Assembly: GCA_964016885.1 (NCBI GenBank) | Contig: OZ024744.1 | Span: 115,878,001-115,942,000 of the forward strand | Direction: 5' to 3' | Source of the DNA: Eledone cirrhosa | Taxonomy: Eukaryota | Length of the DNA stretch: 64,000 nucleotides | In this document: positions 25,287-41,500 of the stretch, in pieces | Layout: each line of letters starts with the position of its first letter | Position numbering within the stretch: the first letter of the stretch is position 1 | Translations under genes and position numbers: made by a program | The notes under the pieces: model-generated | Seen by the model: the letters and a program-made list of their open reading frames with translations, nothing else | The model's database searches: none | Told to the model about the DNA's origin: nothing

Positions 25287-28200
25287 TTATATATATATAA
25301 TGTCTCTCATATCTTGTCTCTGTCTCTCTATATATATATAATGTCTCTCATATCTTGTCTCTCTCTCTATATATATGTAATGTCTCTCATATCTTGTCTC
25401 TCTCTCTATATATATAATGTCTCTCATATCTTGTCTCTCTCTCTATATGTATATAATGCATCTTATATCTTGTCTCTCTCTCCCTATATATATAATGTCT
25501 CTCATATCTTGTCTCTCTCTCTATATATATATAATGTCTCTCAAATCTTGTCTCTCTCTCTCTATATATAATGTCTCTCATATCTTATCTCTCTCTCTAT
25601 ATATATAATGTCTCTCATATCTTGTCTCTCTCTCTATATATATATAATGTCTCTCATATCTTGTCTCTCACTCTCTATATATATAAAATGTCTCTCATAT
25701 CTTGTCTCTCTCTCTATATATATATAATGTCTCTCATATCTTGTCCCTCTCTCTCTATAAATAATGTTTCTCATATCTTGTCCCTCTTTCTATATATATA
25801 TATATGTCTCTCATATCTTGTCTCTCTCTCTATATATATAATGTCTCTCATATCTTGTCTCTCTCTCTATATGTATATATAATGTCTCTCATATCTTGTC
25901 TTTCTCTCTATATATATAATGTCTCTCATATCTTATCTCTCTCTCTCTATATATATAAAATGCCTCTCATATCTTGTCTCTCTCTCTATATATATATATA
26001 ATGTCTCTCATATCTTGTCTCTCTGTCTATATATATAATGTCTCTCATATCTTGTCTCTCTCTCTCTATATATATATAATGTCTCTCATATCTTGTCTCT
26101 CTCTCTCTATATATACAATGTCTCTCATATCTTGTCTCTCTCTCTATATATATATAATGTCTCTCATATCTTGTCTCTCTCTATATATAATGTCTCTCAT
26201 ATCTTGTCGCTCTCTCTCTATATATATAATGTCTCTCATATCTTGTCTCTCTCTATATATATATAATGTCTCTCATATCTTGTCTCTCTCTCTCTCTATA
26301 TATAATGTCTCTCATATCTTGTCTCTCTCTCTATATATATATAATGTCTCTCATATCTTGTCTCTCTCTCTATATATATAATGTCTCTCATATCTTATCT
26401 CTCTCTCTCTATATATATAAAGTCTCTCATATCTTGTCTCTCTCTCTATATATAATGTCTCTCATATCTTGTCTCTCTCTCTCTATATATATATATAATG
26501 TCTCTCATATCTTGTCTCTCTCTCTATATATATAATGTCTCTCATATCTTGTCTCTCTCTATATATATATAATGTCTCTCATATCTTGTCTCTCTCTATA
26601 TATATAATGTCTCTCATATCTTGTCTCTCTCTCTATATATATATAATGTCTCTCATATCTCGTCTCTCTCTCTATATATATATATAATGTCTCTCATATC
26701 TTGTCTCTCTCTCTCTATATATATATAATGTCTCTCATAGCCTGTCTCTCTCTCTCTATATATATAATGTCTCTCATATATTGTCTCTCTCTCTCTATAT
26801 ATAATGTCTCTCATAACTTGTCTCACTGTCTCTCTCTATATATAATGTCTCTCATAACTTGTCTCTCTCCTTATATATATAATGTCTCTCATATCTTGTC
26901 TCTCTCTCTATATATATAATGTCTCTCATATCTTGTCTCTCTCTCTATATATATAATGTCTATCATATCTTGTCTCTCTCTCTCTATATATATAATGTCC
27001 CTCATATCTTGTCTCTCTCTCTCTCTATATATAATGTCTCTCATATCTTGTCTCCCTCTCTATATATATAATGTCTCTCGTATCTTGGCTCTCTCTCTAT
27101 ATATATAATGTCTCTCATATCTTGTCTCTCTCTATATATATAATGTCTCTCATATCTTGTCTCTCTCTCTATATATATAATGTCTCTCATATCTTGTCTC
27201 TCTCTCTCTATATATATAATGTCTCTCATATCTTGTCTCTCTGTCTCTCTATATATATAATGTCTCTCATATCTTGTCTCTCTCTCTATATATATATATA
27301 AAGTCTCTCATATCTTGTCTCTCTCTCTCTATATATATATAATGTCTCTCATATCTTGTCCCTCTCTCTCTATAAATAATGTTTCTCATATCTTGTCTCT
27401 CTCTCTCTATATATATAATTTCTCTCATATCTTATCTCTCTCTCTATATATATAATGTCTCTCATATCTTGTCTCTCTCTCTCTCTATATATATAATGTC
27501 TCTCATATCTTGTCTCTCTCTCTATATGTATATAATGTCTCTCATATCTTGTCCCTCTCTCTCTATATATATAATGTCTCTCAAATCTTGTCTCTCTCCC
27601 TCTCTCTCTATATAATGTCTCTCATATCTTGTCTCTCTCTCTCTCTATATATATAATGTCTCTCATATCTTGTCTCTCTCTCTATATATATAATGTCTCT
27701 CATATCTTGTCTCTCTCTCTATATACATATAATGTCTCTCATATCTTGTCTCACTCTCTATATATATATAATGTCTATCATATCTTGTCTCTCTCTCTCT
27801 ATATATATATAATGTCTCTCATATCTTGTCTCTCTCTCTCTATATATATATAATGTCTCTCATATCTTGTCTCTCTCTCTATATATATATTATGTCTCTC
27901 ATATCTTGTCTCTCTCTCTCTATATATATATAATGTCTCTCATATCTTGTCTCTCTCTCTATATATACAATGTCTCTCATATCCTGTCTCTCTCTCTATA
28001 TATATATAATGTCTCTCATATCTTGTCTCTCTCTCTATATATATATAATGTCTCTCATATCTTGTCTCTCTCTATATATATAATGTCTCTCATATCTTGT
28101 CGCTCTCTCTCTCTATATATAATGTCTCTCATATCTTGTCTCTCTCTATATATATATAATGTCTCTCATATCTTGTCTCTCTCTCTCTATATATATAATG

Positions 28201-31200
28201 TCTCTCATATCTTGTCTCTCTCTATATATATAATGTCTCTCATATCTTGTCACTCTCTCTCAATATATATAATGTCTCTCATATCTTGTCTCTCTCTATA
28301 TATATAATGTCTCTCATATCTTGTCTCTCTCTATATATATAATGTCTCTCATATCTTGTCACTCTCTCTCAATATATATAATGTCTCTCATATCTTGTCT
28401 CTCTCTATATATATAATGTCTCTCATATCTTGTCTCTCTCTCTCTCTATATATATAATGTCTCTCATATCTTATCTCTCTCTCTATATATATATAAAGTC
28501 TCTCATATCTTGTCTCTCTCTCTATATATAATGTTTCTCATATCTTGTGTCTCTCTCTCTCTATATATATATAATGTCTCTCATATCTTGTCTCTCTCTC
28601 TATATATATAATGTCTCTCATATCTTGTCTCTCTCTCTCTCTATATATAATGTCTCTCATATCTTGTCTCTCTCTCTATATATATATAATGTCTCTCATA
28701 TCTTGTATCTCTCTCTATATATATAATGTTTCTCATATCTTGTCTCTCTCTCTATATATATAATGTCTCTCATATCTTGTCTCTCTCTATATATATAATG
28801 TCTCTCATATCTTGTCTCTCTCTATATATATATAATGTCTCTCATATCTTGTCTCTCTCTCTCTATATATATAATGTCTCTCATATCTTGTCTCTCTGTC
28901 TCTCTCTATATATAATGTCTCTCATATCTTGTCTCTCTCTCTATATATATACAAAGTCTCTCATATCTTGTCTCTCTCTCTATATACAATGTCTCTCATA
29001 TATTGTCTCTCTCTCTCTATATATAATGTCTCTCATATCTTGTCTCTCTCTCTCTATATATATATAATGTCTCTCATATCTTGTCTCTCTCTCTATATAT
29101 ATAATGTCTCTCATATCTTATCTCTCTCTCTCTATATATATATAATGTCTCTCATATCTTGTCTCTGTCTCTCTATATATATATAATGTCTCTCATATCT
29201 TGTCTCTCTCTCTATATATATATATGTAATGTCTCTCATATCTTGTCTCTCTCTCTATATATATAATGTCTCTCATATCTTGTCTCTCTCTCTATATGTA
29301 TATAATGTCTCTCATAACTTGTCTCTCTCTCTCTATATATATAATGTCTCTCATATCTTGTCTCTCTCTCTATATATATATAATGTCTCTCATATCTTGT
29401 CTCTCTCTCTCTATATATATATAATTTCTCTCATATCTTATCTCTCTCTCTATATATATAATGTCTCTCATATCTTGTCTCTCTCTCTCTATATATATAT
29501 AATGTCTCTCATATCTTGTCTCTCTCTCTATATGTATATAATGTCTCTCATATCTTGTCCCTCTCTCTCTATATATATAATGTCTCTCAAATCTTGTCTC
29601 TCTCCCTCTCTCTCTATATAATGTCTCTCATATCTTGTCTCTCTCTCTATATATATATATAATGTCTCTCATATCTTGTCTCTCTCTCTCTCTATATATA
29701 TATAATGTCTCTCATATCTTGTCTCTCTCTCTATATATATATAATGTCTCTCATATCTTGTCGCTCTCTCTCTATAAATAATGTTTCTCATATCTTGTCC
29801 CTCTCTCTCTATATATATATATAATGTCTCTCATATCTTGTCTCTCTCTCTATATATATAATGTCTCTCATATCTTGTCTCTCTCTCTATATGTATATAT
29901 AATGTCTCTCATATCTTGTCTTTCTCTCTATATATATAATGTCTCTCATATCTTATCTCTCTCTCTCTATATATATAAAATGCCTCTCATATCTTGTCTC
30001 TCTCTCTATATATATATATAATGTCTCTCATATCTTTTGTCTCTGTCTATATATATAATGTCTCTCATATCTTGTCTCTCTCTCTATATATATATAATGT
30101 CTCTCATATCTTGTCTCTCTCTATATATAATGTCTCTCATATCTTGTCGCTCTCTCTCTATATATATAATGTCTCTCATATCTTGTCTCTCTCTATATAT
30201 ATATAATGTCTCTCATATCTTGTCTCTCTCTCTCTATATATATAATGTCTCTCATATCTTGTCTCTCTCTCTATATATATATAATGTCTCTCATATCTTG
30301 TCTCTCTCTCTATATATATAATGTCTCTCATATCTTATCTCTCTCTCTATATATATATAAAGTCTCTCATATCTTGTCTCTCTCTCTATATATAATGTCT
30401 CTCATATCTTGTCTCTCTCTCTCTCTATATATATATAATGTCTCTCATATCTTGTCTCTCTCTCTATATATATAATGTCTCTCATATCTTGTCTCTCTCT
30501 ATATATATATAATGTCTCTCATAACTTGTCTCTCTCTATATATATAATGTCTCTCATATCTTGTCTCTCTCTCTATATATATATAATGTCTCTCATATCT
30601 TGTCTCTCTCTCTATATATATATATAATGTCTCTCATAGCCTGTCTCTCTCTCTCTCTATATATAATGTCTCTCATATATTGTCTCTCTCTCTATATATA
30701 TAATGTCTCTCATAACTTGTCTCACTGTCTCTCTCTATATATAATGTCTCTCATAACTTGTCTCTCTCCTTATATATATAATGTCTCTCATATCTTGTCT
30801 CTCTCTCTATATATATAATGTCTCTCATATCTTGTCTCTCTCTCTATATATATAATGTCTATCATATCTTGTCTCTCTCTCTCTATATATATAATGTCCC
30901 TCATATCTTGTCTCTCTCTCTCTATATATATAATGTCTCTCATATCTTGTCTCTCTCTCTATATATATAATGTCTCTCGTATCTTGGCTCTCTCTCTATA
31001 TATATAATGTCTCTCATATCTTGTCTCTCTCTCTATATATAATGTCTCTCATATCTTGTCTCTCTCTCTATATATATAATGTCTCTCATATCTTGTCTCT
31101 CTCTCTCTATATATATAATGTCTCTCATATCTTGTCTCTCTGTCTCTCTCTATATATAATGTCTCTCATATCTTGTCTCTCTCTCTAGATATATATATAA

Positions 31201-31949
31201 AGTCTCTCATATCTTGTCTCTCTCTCTCTCTATATATATAATGTCTCTCATGTCTTGTCCCTCTCTCTCTATAAATAATGTTTCTCATATCTTGTCTCTC
31301 TCTCTCTCTCTATATATATAATTTCTCTCATATCTTATCTCTCTCTCTATATATATAATGTCTCTCATATCTTGTCTCTCTCTCTCTCTATATATATAAT
31401 GTCTCTCATATCTTGTCTCTCTCTCTATATGTATATAATGTCTCTCATATCTTGTCCCTCTCTCTCTATATATATAATGTCTCTCAAATCTTGTCTCTCT
31501 CCCTCTCTCTCTATATAATGTCTCTCATATCTTGTCTCTCTCTCTCTCTATATATATAATGTCTCTCATATCTTGTCTCTCTCTCTATATATATAATGTC
31601 TCTCATATCTTGTCTCTCTCTCTATATATATAATGTCTCTCATATCTTGTCTCTCTCTCTCTATATATATATATAATGTCTCTCATATCTTGTCTCTCTC
31701 TCTATATATATATAATGTCTCTCATATCTTGTCCCTCTCTCTCTATAAATAATGTTTCTCATATCTTGTCCCTCTCTCTCTATATATATATATAATGTCT
31801 CTCATATCTTGTCTCTCTCTCTATATATATAATGTCTCTCATATCTTGTCTCTCTCTCTATATATATAATGTCTCTCATATCTTATCTCTCTCTCTATAT
31901 ATATATAAAGTCTCTCATATCTTGTCTCTCTCTCTATATATAATGTCTC

Positions 31950-34900
31950 TCATATCTTGTCTCTCTCTCTCTCTCTATATATATAATGTCTCTCATATCT
32001 TGTCTCTCTGTCTATATATATAATGTCTCTCATATCTTGTCTCTCTCTCTATATATATATATAATGTCTCTCATATCTTGTCTCTCTCTCTCTATATATA
32101 CAATGTCTCTCATATCTTGTCTCTCTCTCTATATATATATAATGTCTCTCATATCTTGTCTCTCTCTATATATAATGTCTCTCATATCTTGTCGCTCTCT
32201 CTCTATATATATAATGTCTCTCATATCTTGTCTCTCTCTCTATATATATAATGTCTCTCATATCTTGTCTCTCTCTCTCTATATATATAATGTCTCTCAT
32301 ATCTTGTCTCTCTCCGTCTCTCTATATAATGTCTCTCATATCTTGTCACTCTCTCTCTATATATATAATGTCTCTCATATCTTGTCTCTCTCTCTCTCTA
32401 TATATATAATGTCTCTCATATCTTGTCTCTCTCTCTATATATACAATGTCTCTCATATCTTGTCTCTCTCTCTATATATATATAATGTCTCTCATATCTT
32501 TTCTCTCTCTCTATATATATATAATGTCTCTCATATCTTGTCTCTCTCTCTATATATATAATGTCTCTCATATCTTATCTCTCTCTCTATATATATATAA
32601 AGTCTCTCATATCTTGTCTCTCTCTCTATATATAATGTCTCTCATATCTTGTCTCTCTCTCTCTCTATATATATATAATGTCTCTCATATCTTGTCTCTC
32701 TCTCTATATATATAATGTCTCTCATATCTTGTCTCTCTCTATATATATATAATGTCTCTCATATCTTGTCTCTCTCTATATATATAATGTCTCTCATATC
32801 TTGTCTCTCTCTCTATATATATATAATGTCTCTCATATCTCGTCTCTCTCTCTCTATATATATATAATGTCTCTCATATCTTGTCTCTCTCTCTCTATAT
32901 ATATATAATGTCTCTCATAGCCTGTCTCTCTCTCTCTATATATATAATGTCTCTCATATCTTGTCTCTCTCTATATATATATAATGTCTCTCATATCTTG
33001 TCTCTCTCTCTATATATATAATGTCTCTCATATCTTGTGTCTCTCTCTATATATATAATGTCTATCATATCTTGTCTCTCTCTCTCTATATATATAATGT
33101 CCCTCATATCTTGTCTCTCTCTCTCTATATATATATAAAGTCTCTCATATCTTGTCTCTCTCTCTCTATATATATATAATGTCTCTCATATCTTGTCCCT
33201 CTCTCTCTATAAATAATGTTTCTCATATCTTGTCTCTCTCTCTATATATATAATGTCTCTCATATCTTGTCTCTCTCTCTATATATATAATGTCTCTCAT
33301 ATCTTGTCTCTCTCTCTATATATATAATGTCTCTCATATCTTATCTCTCTCTCTATATATATAATGTCTCTCGTATCTTGGCTCTCTCTCTATATATATA
33401 ATGTCTCTCATATCTTGTCTCTCTCTCTATATATATAATGTCTCTCATATCTTGTCTCTCTCTCTATATATATAATGTCTCTCATATCTTGTCTCTCTCT
33501 CTATATATATAATGTCTCTCATATCTTGTCTCTCTCTCTATATATATAATGTCTCTCATATCTTGTCTCTCTCTCTATATATATAATGTCTCTCATATCT
33601 TGTCTCTCTCTCTCTATATATATAATGTCTCTCATATCTTGTCTCTCTCTCTATATATATAATGTCTCTCGTATCTTGGCTCTCTCTCTATATATATAAT
33701 GTCTCTCATATCTTGTCTCTCTCTATATATATAATGTCTCTCATATCTTGTCTCTCTCTCTATATATATAATGTCTCTCATATCTTGTCTCTCTCTCTCT
33801 ATATATATAATGTCTCTCATATCTTGTCTCTCTGTCTCTCTCTATATATAATGTCTCTCATATCTTGTCTCTCTCTCTATATATATATATAAAGTCTCTC
33901 ATATCTTGTCTCTCTCTCTCTATATATATATAATGTCTCTCATATCTTGTCCCTCTCTCTCTATAAATAATGTTTCTCATATCTTGTCTCTCTCTCTCTA
34001 TATATATAATTTCTCTCATATCTTATCTCTCTCTCTATATATATAATGTCTCTCATATCTTGTCTCTCTCTCTCTATATATATATAATGTCTCTCATATC
34101 TTGTCTCTCTCTCTATATGTATATAATGTCTCTCATATCTTGTCCCTCTCTCTCTATATATATAATGTCTCTCAAATCTTGTCTCTCTCCCTCTCTCTCT
34201 ATATAATGTCTCTCATATCTTGTCTCTCTCTCTCTCTCTATATATAATGTCTCTCATATCTTGTCTCTCTCTCTATATATATAATGTCTCTCATATCTTG
34301 TCTCTCTCTCTATATACATATAATGTCTCTCATATCTTGTCTCTCTCTCTATATATATAATGTCTCTCATATCTTGTCTCTCTCTCTCTATATATATATA
34401 TAATGTCTCTCATATCTTGTCTCTCTCTCTATATATATATAATGTCTCTCATATCTTGTCCCTCTCTCTCTATAAATAATGTTTCTCATATCTTGTCCCT
34501 CTCTCTCTATATATATATATAATGTCTCTCATATCTTGTCTCTCTCTCTATATATATAATGTCTCTCATATCTTGTTTCTCTCTCTATATATATATATAA
34601 TGTCTCTCATATCTTGTCTTTCTCTCTCTATATATAAAGTCTCTCATATTTTATCTCTCTCACACTATATATATAAAATGCCTCTCATATCTTGTCTCTC
34701 TCTCTCTCTATATATATAATGTCTCTCATAGCTTGTCTCTCTGTCTATATATATAATGTCTCTCATATCTTGTCTCTCTCTCTATATATATATATAATGT
34801 CTCTCATATCTTGTCTCTCTCTCTCTATATATACAATGTCTCTCATATCTTGTCTCTCTCTCTATATATATAATGTCTCTCATATCTTGTCTCTCTCTAT

Positions 34901-37900
34901 ATATATATAATGTCTCTCATATCTTGTCTCTCTCTCTCTATATATATAATGTCTCTCATATCTTGTCTCTCTCCGTCTCTCTATATAATGTCTCTCATAT
35001 CTTGTCACTCTCTCTCTATATATATAATGTCTCTCATATCTTGTCTCTCTGTCTATATATATAATGTCTCTCATATCTTGTCTCTCTCTCTATATATATA
35101 TATAATGTCTCTCATATCTTGTCTCTCTCTCTCTATATATACAATGTCTCTCATATCTTGTCTCTCTCTCTATATATATATAATGTCTCTCATATCTTGT
35201 CTCTCTCTATATATAATGTCTCTCATATCTTGTCGCTCTCTCTCTATATATATAATGTCTCTCATATCTTGTCTCTCTCTATATATATATAATGTCTCTC
35301 ATATCTTGTCTCTCTCTCTCTATATATATAATGTCTCTCATATCTTGTCTCTCTCCGTCTCTCTATATAATGTCTCTCATATCTTGTCACTCTCTCTCTC
35401 TATATATATAATGTCTCTCATATCTTGTCTCTCTCTCTCTATATATATATATATAATGTCTCTCATATCTTGTCTCTCTCTCTATATATACAATGTCTCT
35501 CATATCTTGTCTCTCTCTCTATATATATATAATGTCTCTCATATCTTTTCTCTCTCTCTATATATATATAATGTCTCTCATATCTTGTCTCTCTCTCTAT
35601 ATATATAATGTCTCTCATATCTTATCTCTCTCTCTATATATATATAAAGTCTCTCATATCTTGTCTCTCTCTCTATATATAATGTCTCTCATATCTTGTC
35701 TCTCTCTCTCTCTCTATATATATAATGTCTCTCATATCTTGTCTCTCTCTCTATATATATAATGTCTCTAATATCTTGTCTCTCTCTATATATATATAAT
35801 GTCTCTCATATCTTGTCTCTCTCTATATATATAATGTCTCTCATATCTTGTCTCTCTCTCTATATATATATAATGTCTCTCATATCTCGTCTCTCTCTCT
35901 ATATATATATATAATGTCTCTCATATCTTGTCTCTCTCTCTCTCTATATATATAATGTCTCTCATAGCCTGTCTCTCTCTCTCTATATATATAATGTCTC
36001 TCATATATTGTCTCTCTCTCTATATATATAATGTCTCTCATAACTTGTCTCACTGTCTCTCTCTATATATAATGTCTCTCATAACTTGTCTCTCTCCTTA
36101 TATATATAATGTCTCTCATATCTTGTCTCTCTCTCTATATATATAATGTCTCTCATATCTTGTGTCTCTCTCTATATATATAATGTCTATCATATCTTGT
36201 CTCTCTCTCTCTATATATATAATGTCCCTCATATCTTGTCTCTCTCTCTCTATATATATAATGTCTCTCATATCTTGTCTCTCTCTCTATATATATAATG
36301 TCTCTCGTATCTTGGCTCTCTCTCTATATATATAATGTCTCTCATATCTTCTCTCTCTCTCTATATATATATAATGTCTCTCATATCTCGTCTCTCTCTC
36401 TCTATATATATATAATGTCTCTCATATCTTGTCTCTCTCTCTCTATATATATATAATGTCTCTCATAGCCTGTCTCTCTCTCTCTATATATATAATGTCT
36501 CTCATATATTGTCTCTCTCTCTATATATATAATGTCTCTCATAACTTGTCTCACTGTCTCTCTATATATATAATGTCTCTCATATCTTGTCTCTCTCTAT
36601 ATATATATATAATGTCTCTCATATCTTGTCTCTCTCTATATATATATATAATGTCTCTCATATCTTGTCTCTCTCTCTATATATATATAATGTCTCTCAT
36701 AACTTGTCTCACTGTCTCTCTCTATATATAATGTCTCTCATAACTTGTCTCTCTCCTTATATATATAATGTCTCTCATATTTTGTCTCTCTCTCTATATA
36801 TATAATGTCTCTCATATCTTGTCTCTCTCTCTATATATATAATGTCTATCATATCTTGTCTCTCTCTCTCTATATATATAATGTCCCTCATATCTTGTCT
36901 CTCTCTCTCTATATATATAATGTCTCTCATATCTTGTCTCTCTCTCTATATATATAATGTCTCTCGTATCTTGGCTCTCTCTCTATATATATAATGTCTC
37001 TCATATCTTGTCTCTCTCTATATATATAATGTCTCTCATATCTTGTCTCTCTCTCTATATATATAATGTCTCTCATATCTTGTCTCTCTCTCTCTATATA
37101 TATAATGTCTCTCATATCTTGTCTCTCTGTCTCTCTCTATATATAATGTCTCTCATATCTTGTCTCTCTCTCTATATATATATATAAAGTCTCTCATATC
37201 TTGTCTCTCTCTCTCTATATATATATAATGTCTCTCATATCTTGTCCCTCTCTCTCTATAAATAATGTTTCTCATATCTTGTCTCTCTCTCTCTATATAT
37301 ATAATTTCTCTCATATCTTATCTCTCTCTCTATATATATAATGTCTCTCATATCTTGTCTCTCTCTCTCTATATATATATAATGTCTCTCATATCTTGTC
37401 TCTCTCTCTATATGTATATAATGTCTCTCATATCTTGTCCCTCTCTCTCTATATATATAATGTCTCTCAAATCTTGTCTCTCTCCCTCTCTCTCTATATA
37501 ATGTCTCTCATATCTTGTCTCTCTCTCTCTCTATATATATAATGTCTCTCATATCTTGTCTCTCTCTCTATATATATAATGTCTCTCATATCTTGTCTCT
37601 CTCTCTATATACATATAATGTCTCTCATATCTTGTCTCTCTCTCTATATATATAATGTCTCTCATATCTTGTGTCTCTCTCTCTATATATATATATAATG
37701 TCTCTCATATCTTGTCTCTCTCTCTATATATATATAATGTCTCTCATATCTTGTCCCTCTCTCTCTATAAATAATGTTTCTCATATCTTGTCCCTCTCTC
37801 TATATATATATATATAATGTCTCTCATATCTTGTCTCTCTCTCTATATATATAATGTCTCTCATATCTTGTTTCTCTCTCTATATATATATATAATGTCT

Positions 37901-40900
37901 CTCATATCTTGTCTTTCTCTCTATATATATAAAGTCTCTCATATTTTATCTCTCTCACACTATATATATAAAATGCCTCTCATATCTTGTCTCTCTCTCT
38001 CTATATATATATAATGTCTCTCATATCTTGTCTCTCTGTCTATATATATAATGTCTCTCATATCTTGTCTCTCTCTCTATATATATATATAATGTCTCTC
38101 ATATCTTGTCTCTCTCTCTCTATATATACAATGTCTCTCATATCTTGTCTCTCTCTCTATATATATAATGTCTCTCATATCTTGTCTCTCTCTATATATA
38201 TATAATGTCTCTCATATCTTGTCTCTCTCTCTCTATATATATAATGTCTCTCATATCTTGTCTCTCTCCGTCTCTCTATATAATGTCTCTCATATCTTGT
38301 CACTCTCTCTCTATATATATAATGTCTCTCATATCTTGTCTCTCTGTCTATATATATAATGTCTCTCATATCTTGTCTCTCTCTATATATATATAATGTC
38401 TCTCATATCTTGTCTCTCTCTCTCTATATATATAATGTCTCTCATATCTTGTTTCTCTCCGTCTCTCTATATAATGTCTCTCATATCTTGTCACTCTCTC
38501 TCTATATATATAATGTCTCTCATATCTTGTCTCTCTCTCTCTCTATATATATATATAATGTCTCTCATATCTTGTCTCTCTCTCTATATATACAATGTCT
38601 CTCATATCTTGTCTCTCTCTCTATATATATATAATGTCTCTCATATCTTTTCTCTCTCTCTATATATATATAATGTCTCTCATATCTTGTCTCTCTCTCT
38701 ATATATATAATGTCTCTCATATCTTATCTCTCTCTCTATATATATATAAAGTCTCTCATATCTTGTCTCTCTCTCTATATATAATGTCTCTCATATCTTG
38801 TCTCTCTCTCTCTCTCTATATATATAATGTCTCTCATATCTTGTCTCTCTCTCTATATATATAATGTCTCTAATATCTTGTCTCTCTCTATATATATATA
38901 ATGTCTCTCATATCTTGTCTCTCTCTATATATATAATGTCTCTCATATCTTGTCTCTCTCTCTATATATATATAATGTCTCTCATATCTCGTCTCTCTCT
39001 CTATATATATATATAATGTCTCTCATATCTTGTCTCTCTCTCTCTATATATATATAATGTCTCTCATAGCCTGTCTCTCTCTCTCTATATATATAATGTC
39101 TCTCATATATTGTCTCTCTCTCTATATATATAATGTCTCTCATAACTTGTCTCACTGTCTCTCTCTATATATAATGTCTCTCATAACTTGTCTCTCTCCT
39201 TATATATATAATGTCTCTCATATCTTGTCTCTCTCTCTATATATATAATGTCTCTCATATCTTGTCTCTCTCTCTATATATATAATGTCTATCATATCTT
39301 GTCTCTCTCTCTCTATATATATAATGTCCCTCATATCTTGTCTCTCTCTCTCTCTATATATAATGTCTCTCATATCTTGTCTCTCTCTCTATATATATAA
39401 TGTCTCTCGTATCTTGGCTCTCTCTATATATATAATGTCTCTCATATCTTGTCTCTCTCTCTATATATATAATGTCTCTCATATCTTGTCTCTCTCTCTC
39501 TATATATATATATAATGTCTCTCATATCTTGTCTCTCTCTCTATATATATATAATGTCTCTCATATCTTGTCCCTCTCTCTCTATAAATAATGTTTCTCA
39601 TATCTTGTCCCTCTCTCTATATATATATATATAATGTCTCTCATATCTTGTCTCTCTCTCTATATATATAATGTCCCTCATATCTTGTCTCTCTCTCTCT
39701 CTATATATAATGTCTCTCATATCTTGTCTCTCTCTCTATATATATAATGTCTCTCGTATCTTGGCTCTCTCTCTATATATATAATGTCTCTCATATCTTG
39801 TCTCTCTCTATATATATAATGTCTCTCATATCTTGTCTCTCTCTCTATATATATAATGTCTCTCATATCTTGTCTCTCTCTCTCTATATATATAATGTCT
39901 CTCATATCTTGTCTCTCTGTCTCTCTCTATATATAATGACTCTCATATCTTGTCTCCCTCTCTATATATATATATAAAGTCTCTCATATCTTGTCTCTCT
40001 CTCTCTATATATATATAATGTCTCTCATATCTTGTCCCTCTCTCTCTATAAATAATGTTTCTCATATCTTTTCTCTCTCTCTCTATATATATAATTTCTC
40101 TCATATCTTATCTCTCTCTCTATATATATAATGTCTCTCATATCTTGTCTCTCTCTCTCTATATATATATAATGTCTCTCATATCTTGTCTCTCTCTCTA
40201 TATGTATATAATGTCTCTCATATCTTGTCCCTCTCTCTCTATATATATAATGTCTCTCAAATCTTGTCTCTCTCCCTCTCTCTCTATATAATGTCTCTCA
40301 TATATTGTCTCTCTCTCTCTATATATATATAATGTCTCTCATATCTTGTCTCTCTCTCTATATATATAATGTCTCTCATATCTTGTCTCTCTCTCTATAT
40401 ACATATAATGTCTCTCATATCTTGTCTCTCTCTCTATATATATAATGTCTCTCATATCTTGTCTCTCTCTCTCTATATATATATATAATGTCTCTCATAT
40501 CTTGTCTCTCTCTCTATATATATATAATGTCTCTCATATCTTGTCCCTCTCTCTCTATAAATAATGTTTCTCATATCTTGTCCCTCTCTCTATATATATA
40601 TATATAATGTCTCTCATATCTTGTCTCTCTCTCTATATATATAATGTCTCTCATATCTTGTCTCTCTCTCTATATATATATATAATGTCTCTCATATCTT
40701 GTCTTTCTCTCTATATATATAAAGTCTCTCATATCTTATCTCTCTCACACTATATATATAAAATGCCTCTCATATCTTGTCTCTCTCTCTCTATATATAT
40801 ATAATGTCTCTCATATCTTGTCTCTCTGTCTATATATATAATGTCTCTCATATCTTGTCTCTCTCTCTCTATATATATATAATGTCTCTCATATCTTGTC

Positions 40901-41500
40901 TCTCTCTCTCTATATATACAATGTCTCTCATATCTTGTCTCTCTCTCTATATATATAATGTCTCTCATATCTTGTCTCTCTCTATATATATATAATGTCT
41001 CTCATATCTTGTCTCTCTCTCTCTATATATATAATGTCTCTCATATCTTGTCTCTCTCCGTCTCTCTATATAATGTCTCTCATATCTTGTCACTCTCTCT
41101 CTCTATATATAATGTCTCTCATATCTTGTCTCTCTCTCTCTCTATATATATAATGTCTCTCATATCTTGTCTCTCTCTCTATATATACAATGTCTCTCAT
41201 ATCTTGTCTCTCTCTCTATATATATATAATGTCTCTCATATCTTGTCTCTCTCTCTATATATATATAATGTCTCTCATATCTTGTCTCTCTCTCTATATA
41301 TATAAAGTCTCTCATATCTTATCTCTCTCTCTATATATATATAAAGTCTCTCATATCTTGTCTCTCTCTCTATATATAATGTCTCTCATATCTTGTCTCT
41401 CTCTCTCTCTATATATATATAATGTCTCTCATATCTTGTCTCTCTCTCTATATATATAATGTCTCTCATATCTTGTCTCTCTCTATATATATATAATGTC
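31950..41500 (+). repeat. Imperfect ~2.8-3.3 kb higher-order blocks
   Basis: ORF-track and variant offsets: 32446/35493 (3047), 33632/36927 (3295), 35493/38595 (3102), 36927/39717 (2790). Marker CTCTCACACTATA at ~34660, 37955 and 40745. Confidence 0.75.

Larger units (their letters stand above)
15900..26000 (+). repeat. Tandem segmental duplication of ~5.2-5.3 kb containing LINE copies 2 and 3
   Basis: AATGTGTCTCA (~16140/21454) and CTCAATATA recur at about +5314. After a ~153-bp indel the offset is 5161 (18152/23313, and LINE copy 2/copy 3). Confidence 0.85.
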
